This document shows positions 58,403 through 64,000 of a DNA stretch of 64,000 nt, in pieces. Position 1 is the stretch's first letter. Every line of letters begins with the position of its first letter. The notes under the pieces are model-generated. The model made no database searches. It worked only from the letters and a program-made list of their open reading frames with translations, and had not been told where the DNA came from. Made by a program: the position numbers and the translations under genes. The stretch covers positions 1 through 64,000 of the IMG/VR virus record IMGVR_UViG_3300025874_000005; one strand, given 5' to 3'. Source of the stretch: a virus.

Positions 58403-58954
58403 ATGAGTTTTAATCTACAAAAATACTTTAAAAATCAATACCTGCTAGAAGGGGATTGGGATAAATTAAGTTCTACAGAAGCTTCTGATGAAGCTGATGA
58501 TATTATAGAGTTAATTAAATCTGCTTATGCCTACATTGGAGGTCATAGTAATTTTAAAAGTGTTGGTGACGTAGATAAAGAAACAGGCAGAGGTGCTGAG
58601 TATGAAGTGATTGATTTAGATGATGATGGAGATATTGATGCAGTTAACGTATCTAAACGTAAAGCTGCTGGTGAAAAGTTCGTTGCTACAGGCCATGATG
58701 GTTCTCGTGAAGCTAAAAGAGCTGTTATTACACATAAAATAGATAGGTTAAAAAAACCAGGTTTTTATGTTGAAGTATCAGGAAAAATAAAAGATATCTT
58801 ACTTAAAGCAGGTGTACCTCAGGTAACTGACCAAGCTACTATTGAGAAAGCATTGGCTGGTAAAGATATTATTATGAACGATGATGGTTCATATACAAGG
58901 AGCATTGCTGGTACAAAGCATGAAAAAATAATGCTAGGAACTCCGCTAGTATAA
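58403..58954 (+). CDS. possible head-internal protein
   Basis: MSFNLQKYFKNQYLLE leader; AYIGG. Confidence 0.5.
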   Translation: MSFNLQKYFKNQYLLEGDWDKLSSTEASDEADDIIELIKSAYAYIGGHSNFKSVGDVDKETGRGAEYEVIDLDDDGDIDAVNVSKRKAAGEKFVATGHDGSREAKRAVITHKIDRLKKPGFYVEVSGKIKDILLKAGVPQVTDQATIEKALAGKDIIMNDDGSYTRSIAGTKHEKIMLGTPLV

Positions 58955-58959
58955 AATGT

Positions 58960-59295
58960 ATGAAAGAATCTTTAGTAGTATTAGTACTCTTATCTATAAT
59001 AAGTTGTGCTTCTTACCAACCTTCAACAGAGTATAATTTTGTTAAAGTATTAGGTGTCACTCCTCAGGGTGATACAATTCTTATTGATGTCAATTCATTA
59101 AGACCAAAAGTTTATAACAACTATTATTATGATAATGGGATTAATAGATATCCTTACAACTACAATTATTATAATACACCTCCAGTAATTATAAGACCTG
59201 TAAATCCAAAGCCAAGACCTACAAAACCTGTAGTAACCCCACCTTCGTTTACAGCTCCTAAACCAATTACTAAACCCACAAAAGACAAACAGTAA
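58960..59295 (+). CDS. lipoprotein with Tyr/Asn- and Pro-rich tail
   Basis: Lipobox-like IISC after a hydrophobic stretch. Confidence 0.65.
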   Translation: MKESLVVLVLLSIISCASYQPSTEYNFVKVLGVTPQGDTILIDVNSLRPKVYNNYYYDNGINRYPYNYNYYNTPPVIIRPVNPKPRPTKPVVTPPSFTAPKPITKPTKDKQ

Positions 59296-59314
59296 ATTTA
59301 TTAAAGACTCATGC

Positions 59315-59376
59315 GAGGGGATTTGGCTTAGCCAGATCCCCTTCGTATATTTACAAGGTAAATGGGGTGCGAGCCC
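59315..59376 (+). promoter_or_regulatory. hairpin-embedded early promoter + leader stem-loop
   Basis: GAGGGGATTTGGC-TTA-GCCAGATCCCCTT; TTGG 59323, TATATT 59346-51; GGGT-GCGA-GCCC. Confidence 0.75.
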
Positions 59377-59391
59377 AAAATAAAAATAAAA

Positions 59392-59574
59392 ATGGAAAAG
59401 TTTGAAGAAAAGATATTCTGGAAAGATGGTTTCGATGGGGAAGCATTAAGTGGTATCATGTTTAGATCGTTTGATTTGAATAAGTTCATCAAAAAAGTAG
59501 AAGTTGATAATGGACATGAAGTTGTTGGTATCAAATTTGAAGATAATAATTTAGAATTAATAATTAAAAAATAA
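59392..59574 (+). CDS. hypothetical protein
   Basis: Track ORF 59362; ATG at 59392. Confidence 0.65.
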   Translation: MEKFEEKIFWKDGFDGEALSGIMFRSFDLNKFIKKVEVDNGHEVVGIKFEDNNLELIIKK

Positions 59575-59579
59575 AGGTT

Positions 59580-59906
59580 ATGAGTAAATTTGTTAGTACA
59601 TTTAATAAAGGGTTTAATATGACCTTTGAAAACGGGTTTGGTATATCAGTTCAATGGGGTGTAGGTAACTACTGTAGCAGGAAAAATGATGGTTCGTTTG
59701 ATGAATCTATGAAGGGTGAATTTTGGGAAGCCACATCTGCTGAGATTATGATTACAGGTAACAATAAGGATGTTGTTTTAGGTAATGGTGATCAAGTTGC
59801 AGGTTGGTTATCAACTGATAAAGTTGCTGAAGTGATTAGAATGTGTTCAACTGCTAGAAACACAGCTCATCTCAACCAAATGTTAAAGAATTCCACATTA
59901 AGTTAA
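59580..59906 (+). CDS. hypothetical protein
   Basis: FENGFGISVQWG; AAAGGTT-ATG start. Confidence 0.7.
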   Translation: MSKFVSTFNKGFNMTFENGFGISVQWGVGNYCSRKNDGSFDESMKGEFWEATSAEIMITGNNKDVVLGNGDQVAGWLSTDKVAEVIRMCSTARNTAHLNQMLKNSTLS

Positions 59907-59923
59907 AAATAATGCGCAAAATA

Positions 59924-59978
59924 TGTGGAGAAGCGAGGAAGCGTTCGTATATTTACGGGGTAAATGAGGTGAGAGCCC
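59924..59978 (+). promoter_or_regulatory. early promoter + leader stem-loop cassette
   Basis: GTGGAGAAGC 59925, TATATT 59948-53; GGT-GAGA-GCC. Confidence 0.75.
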
Positions 59979-60007
59979 AGAAATGTTAAATTAATTAAAT
60001 AAAGGTT

Positions 60008-60808
60008 ATGGTAAATAAAGTTAAAAGAGGTCGTCCGAGTAAGAAAGTTGTTAACAACCCAACACAAAGTGTTGTTGTTAAAACAGTTAAAATGGATAAT
60101 ATGGAATTCAACAAGAAATTGTTTGAGCCAATGAAAACAGGTACAAAGGTTGATCCATTCTTCAGTATGGAAGGTGGAGTAATGCCTGGTACAAATGTTG
60201 TAGTTACTGGTGATCCAGGTGTTGGTAAAACAACAGTATTGTTAGATGTTCTTGCTGATCTTAATCAGAAAGGTAAAAAATGTTTGTTCATTTCAGGTGA
60301 AATGAATGCTATTGACATGGTTGGTTATGTTAAGCGATTCCCAAAATTTGGAGATTTAGATATCTTGTTTATGGGTGATTATAGTGAAGTTAATCCTGAT
60401 GTTGTTCTTCGAACTGCACTTAAAGAGGGTTATGATTGTGTATTAATTGATTCGCTTGCTGAGATTTCAGATAATTATGTTGATTATTTTGGTGGTACTG
60501 GTAAGTCAAATACCAACCGAATTTTGCAGTTGCTTGATGAGCATAACCAAGCAAATAATGATGATAAAATTAATAGCACGTTTTTGATCATTCAACAAGT
60601 TACTAAAGGTGGAACGTTTGTTGGGTCAAATAAGATTAAGCATATGACAACAGCAATGGGTCATTTAAAATTTGACGGTGATGGTCAGCGTTTTTTCCAT
60701 TTCAGTAAAAACCGTCGAGGTGGTAGTGGAAATAAATTGTTCTTCAACTTGAACAGTAAAAATAAAGTTAACTGGTTATTTGATGAGCCGATAAACATGA
60801 CAGCATAA
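60008..60808 (+). CDS. RadA/Sms-like RecA-family ATPase
   Basis: GDPGVGKT, ISGE, LIDS, QVTKGG..GS, KNR. Confidence 0.85.
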   Translation: MVNKVKRGRPSKKVVNNPTQSVVVKTVKMDNMEFNKKLFEPMKTGTKVDPFFSMEGGVMPGTNVVVTGDPGVGKTTVLLDVLADLNQKGKKCLFISGEMNAIDMVGYVKRFPKFGDLDILFMGDYSEVNPDVVLRTALKEGYDCVLIDSLAEISDNYVDYFGGTGKSNTNRILQLLDEHNQANNDDKINSTFLIIQQVTKGGTFVGSNKIKHMTTAMGHLKFDGDGQRFFHFSKNRRGGSGNKLFFNLNSKNKVNWLFDEPINMTA

Positions 60809-60984
60809 TGTATATTTTAATTTACATAGTAATAGGATCAGCTCTCACTTCATTGTGGGACTGGTTGCTATTTGGGACTAAGAATCAATTTTCAAATATA
60901 GAAAGAGCTGTTTGTATATTAGTTTGGCCTGCAGCTTTAGGTTTATATTTGTATAATTTATATAATACATTTAAAAAAAAGTAA
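60808..60984 (+). CDS. 58-aa two-TM protein (not in track)
   Basis: MYILIYIVIGSAL...LVWPAALG...; TAATG coupling on both sides. Confidence 0.6.
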   Translation: MYILIYIVIGSALTSLWDWLLFGTKNQFSNIERAVCILVWPAALGLYLYNLYNTFKKK

Positions 60985-61223
60985 TGATGGGTAAAGAAGA
61001 AAAAAGATACGTTGTAAAGATGGATATGTATGTTTATGCTGAAAATGATTATATGGCTCGTAAACGAGCTCATCAAATGAAGAAAGAAATTGATAGTAAA
61101 TATGGTGGTGGAGTTGGTATATTAGAATTAGGTGAACAACCTTTTGCTTCTTTTAATTATAGAAAATTAGAAGACCATTCTGAACCTATTAGTAAACAAA
61201 AACAAGAAGAATTACCATTTTAA
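60984..61223 (+). CDS. hypothetical protein ending EELPF
   Basis: C-terminus KQEELPF. Confidence 0.65.
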   Translation: MMGKEEKRYVVKMDMYVYAENDYMARKRAHQMKKEIDSKYGGGVGILELGEQPFASFNYRKLEDHSEPISKQKQEELPF

Positions 61224-61225
61224 AT

Positions 61226-62368
61226 ATGAAGGGAGAAAGAATTAATTTTACGGTTAATACATCATTCTATAAACGAAGTGATTGGGTAGACCATATTTAT
61301 GAAGGTTTAAAAGCTCAAACTTACAAATATTGGGAATGGGTTGTAACTGATGATTTTTCTCCCGATAAAAATGCTGAAGAGCGTTTAAAAGAGATAGCTA
61401 AAAATGACCATAGGGTAGTTTATTACACTCAGTCTAGAAAAAAAGAATTATTTTATAATCCTAATTATGGTGCTAGTGGTAATGTTATCTTCCAGATGGA
61501 TAGTGATGACACAATGTACCCTAATATACTTGAAGTTTACGCTAAACATTTTATGGAAGATCCTTCATTGATTGGGATATGTTGTGGTGCTTTAAAAAAT
61601 AAAAATGGTGTTGAGTTGTTTGAGTGGACTGCTCCTAATTTAGAGGCGCAGAGTAATTTTATTATGACTTATGGCCGAGCTTGGAGAAATGTAATACCAC
61701 ATTTTGATTATGATGGTAAATTAGATTATTTTCAAAATGATCTTAATATTTGGAGACATATTGAAGCTAGGGGTAAAGTAATGTTTTTACCTAGAGAATT
61801 ATATAAATACAATTATGCTAGTCAAGGTAGTTTCTCACACAGACAATTTGATGGTTATGATAATGAATCAGAGCGATTAATTGAGGAAGAAAGATGTAGG
61901 ATTGAAGAAAAGTATAGTACTATTTGGAAAGATGATGATGAGTGTACTTTTGATTTAAAATATTTACCAATTAATAAGTTAGCCTGGGCTTTTTATGAAG
62001 CTGATTTTCATAAAACATCACATAATAGTAGAGTTAATTTTATAAAAACAGATATAAAGCCTTATGAAAAACAACTATTGAATGAGTTGTATTATGATAA
62101 TACTATAATTTATAATGGTAGTGTTGAGGAGGAATATGATGAAGTTATTATTTATGTAAGTAATCAAGAAACATTAGATATAATGTATGAAAATTATGAA
62201 AAGTGGAAAGTTAATAAAGTAAGATTTCACATTAATAAACAAATATTTGATTGTAATATTGATAATGCACCTCATAATTATTTTGGGTTTGGACACATAT
62301 TGAATGGATGGTATGGATATATTAGTTATAATGGAGATGATGTTTTAAAAATTAGTGATGAGTACTGA
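61226..62368 (+). CDS. glycosyltransferase family 2
   Basis: AQTY..WEWVVTDDFS, QMDSDD, ND. Confidence 0.8.
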   Translation: MKGERINFTVNTSFYKRSDWVDHIYEGLKAQTYKYWEWVVTDDFSPDKNAEERLKEIAKNDHRVVYYTQSRKKELFYNPNYGASGNVIFQMDSDDTMYPNILEVYAKHFMEDPSLIGICCGALKNKNGVELFEWTAPNLEAQSNFIMTYGRAWRNVIPHFDYDGKLDYFQNDLNIWRHIEARGKVMFLPRELYKYNYASQGSFSHRQFDGYDNESERLIEEERCRIEEKYSTIWKDDDECTFDLKYLPINKLAWAFYEADFHKTSHNSRVNFIKTDIKPYEKQLLNELYYDNTIIYNGSVEEEYDEVIIYVSNQETLDIMYENYEKWKVNKVRFHINKQIFDCNIDNAPHNYFGFGHILNGWYGYISYNGDDVLKISDEY

Positions 62369-62528
62369 AAAGGATAAAAATAAAAAATTAGAGAAAGTAA
62401 CACTCACTCAACAAGAAATTTGGCAGGCTATGCGAGGTAATATTCATAAGAGTAAAAAAGATTATAAACGTAAACCTAAACATAAGGGTGGTGATGATTA
62501 TAATTGGCATCCTGATAGACAAATTTGA
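62358..62528 (+). CDS. 56-aa basic microprotein (not in track)
   Basis: ...HKSKKDYKRKPKHKG... Confidence 0.6.
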   Translation: MSTEKDKNKKLEKVTLTQQEIWQAMRGNIHKSKKDYKRKPKHKGGDDYNWHPDRQI

Positions 62529-62544
62529 AACTCCCGGTGAATTG

Positions 62545-62599
62545 CTTGGAGAAGCAAGAGAGGGTTCGTATATTTACGTATAAATGAGGCGCGAAGCCG
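62545..62599 (+). promoter_or_regulatory. early promoter + leader stem-loop cassette
   Basis: TTGGAGAAGC 62546, TATATT 62569-74; TAAATGA-GGC-GCGAA-GCC. Confidence 0.8.
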
Positions 62600-62625
62600 A
62601 ATTAATAATTAAAAAAATAAAGGTT

Positions 62626-62850
62626 ATGATTAGAAAAAAACAAGATTTAAAACCGTCAACTCCAATGATAATTGACTTGACAGGTCCCGATGGTAATGCG
62701 TTTGCATTACTAGGCTTTGCTAAAAACTTTGCCAACCAACTCAAATTAGATTTTAGTAAGATAAGTGATGAAATGACTTCAGGTGATTATGAGAATCTAA
62801 TTGAAGTATTTGATAAGTATTTTGGTTCATTTGTAATATTAGAAAGATAA
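62626..62850 (+). CDS. hypothetical phage protein
   Basis: DLTGPDGNAF.LLG, SGDYE. Confidence 0.7.
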   Translation: MIRKKQDLKPSTPMIIDLTGPDGNAFALLGFAKNFANQLKLDFSKISDEMTSGDYENLIEVFDKYFGSFVILER

Positions 62851-62855
62851 TGGTT

Positions 62856-64000
62856 ATGACTGAATTAGAAGATTTTATAAATGAAATGCGAAGTACGAGC
62901 AGTGCTACGGACAAAATAGACATTATTAAGCGTAGTTCTGCGTTTATTCATGATGTACTTGAAGCGACATATAACCCCTACAAACAATACTATGTCACCA
63001 GTAAAACGTGTAAGAAAAATAAAGGGAAATTCAAATATAACACACATAAGGATGTTTTTAGTTTGTTAAATGACCTAACTAATAGAGTTTACACAGGACA
63101 TGATGCAATTCATCAAGTAAATGGGTTTGAAATGGCTACTGCTTATGGACATAATGTTTATAAAATTATTGATAAAGATTTAGGTATTAGGGCTGGAGCT
63201 AAAGTTATTAATAAAGCAGTACCAGGTCTTATTCCTGAGTTTAACGTAGTGTTGGCTCAAGAGTATAAAGGTAAATGTGAATGGAGTGATGAATGGTATG
63301 TTTCTAGAAAATTAGATGGAGTTAGATGTATAGCTAGAGTTGATAGTGAGGGTAATTGCTCATTATTTAGTAGAACAGGTAAAGAATTTACCACATTAAA
63401 TAAAGTTAAAGAAGCTATTGAAGATACTGGTATTATTAGTACTACATTTGATGGTGAGATTTGTTTAGTTGATGAAGATGGTAATGAAGATTTTCAAGGT
63501 GTAATGAAGCAATTGAGACGTAAAGATCATCAAATTAAAAACCCAGCATATATGGTATTTGATATGTTGAGAAATGATGAATTTGATAGTGGTAAAGGTA
63601 CAGAGCCATTAAAAACACGTTTGCTTAAATGTAGGTCTTGGGTTAGAAATAATTTAGATAAGCCAATGATAGAAAGTAAATGTGATATTTTACGTTTTAC
63701 AGATCAAACATTAATTACAGGTGAGGATCATTTTGAATATTGGAGAAATATTGAATGTAAAGATAATTGGGAAGGTTTAATGTTACGTAAGAATTGTGGT
63801 TATGAAGGTAAGCGTACTAAAAACTTGGTTAAGGTAAAGAAATTCCATGATGCTGAGTATGAAGTGTTAGGGTGGGATAATGATACACATGAGGTAGTTA
63901 GAGATGGTAAGTCTGAGTCGATGACGATGTTGGCTCAGGTTTGGATTGAACATAAAGGACATATTGTGAAGGTAGGTAGTGGATTTACCCAAGAGCAGCG
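62856..64000 (+). CDS. ATP-dependent DNA ligase (3' partial, not in track)
   Basis: Manual translation: RKLDGVRC, SRTGK, FDGEI, VFD, EGLMLRK, KVKK, KVGSGF; no stop seen before the window end. Confidence 0.92.
   Translation, partial: MTELEDFINEMRSTSSATDKIDIIKRSSAFIHDVLEATYNPYKQYYVTSKTCKKNKGKFKYNTHKDVFSLLNDLTNRVYTGHDAIHQVNGFEMATAYGHNVYKIIDKDLGIRAGAKVINKAVPGLIPEFNVVLAQEYKGKCEWSDEWYVSRKLDGVRCIARVDSEGNCSLFSRTGKEFTTLNKVKEAIEDTGIISTTFDGEICLVDEDGNEDFQGVMKQLRRKDHQIKNPAYMVFDMLRNDEFDSGKGTEPLKTRLLKCRSWVRNNLDKPMIESKCDILRFTDQTLITGEDHFEYWRNIECKDNWEGLMLRKNCGYEGKRTKNLVKVKKFHDAEYEVLGWDNDTHEVVRDGKSESMTMLAQVWIEHKGHIVKVGSGFTQEQ

Noticed and set aside
57187-62625. Track starts at 57187, 59362 and 62584 (and GTG 53650) inside the cassette leader
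   Set aside because: The leader ATG is out of frame or stops at once in other copies (e.g. ATG AGG TGA near 59964); downstream A-rich starts are more plausible

Overview
This AT-rich window (about 30% GC by eye) is a gene-dense piece of a large lytic dsDNA tailed phage genome. Essentially all credible genes lie on the + strand. The host is most likely Bacteroidota (Flavobacteriia-like): about 20 promoters match the Bacteroidota sigma70 layout (TTTGG-N19-TATATT(TA)), Shine-Dalgarno motifs are not evident, and the SSB ends in DDLPF. Contents in order: (1) T4-like replication core (short PolA-like protein, SSB, RecA/UvsX, 5'-3' exonuclease, DnaB, NrdB/NrdA); (2) late envelope/lysis block with amidase, holin and two predicted outer-membrane beta-barrels; (3) ThyX and a 7-deazaguanine DNA-modification cluster (DpdA-like, QueC/D/E, FolE) interleaved with HPRT, a hotdog thioesterase and a MazG-like enzyme; (4) split PolB, clamp, clamp loader, Hsp20/GroES/GroEL; (5) a 9.4 kb glycosylation island; (6) an accessory region of small ORFs behind repeated promoter-stem-loop cassettes; (7) an ATP-dependent DNA ligase running off the end. 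Best leads: a riboswitch-like H-type pseudoknot just upstream of queC; an unannotated 45-aa acidic microprotein ending in the SSB tail DDLPF; an 18-bp wobble-only helix clamping the hsp20 mRNA ends; and an expanded deazaguanine pathway. All calls come from motif recognition by eye; no searches were run.
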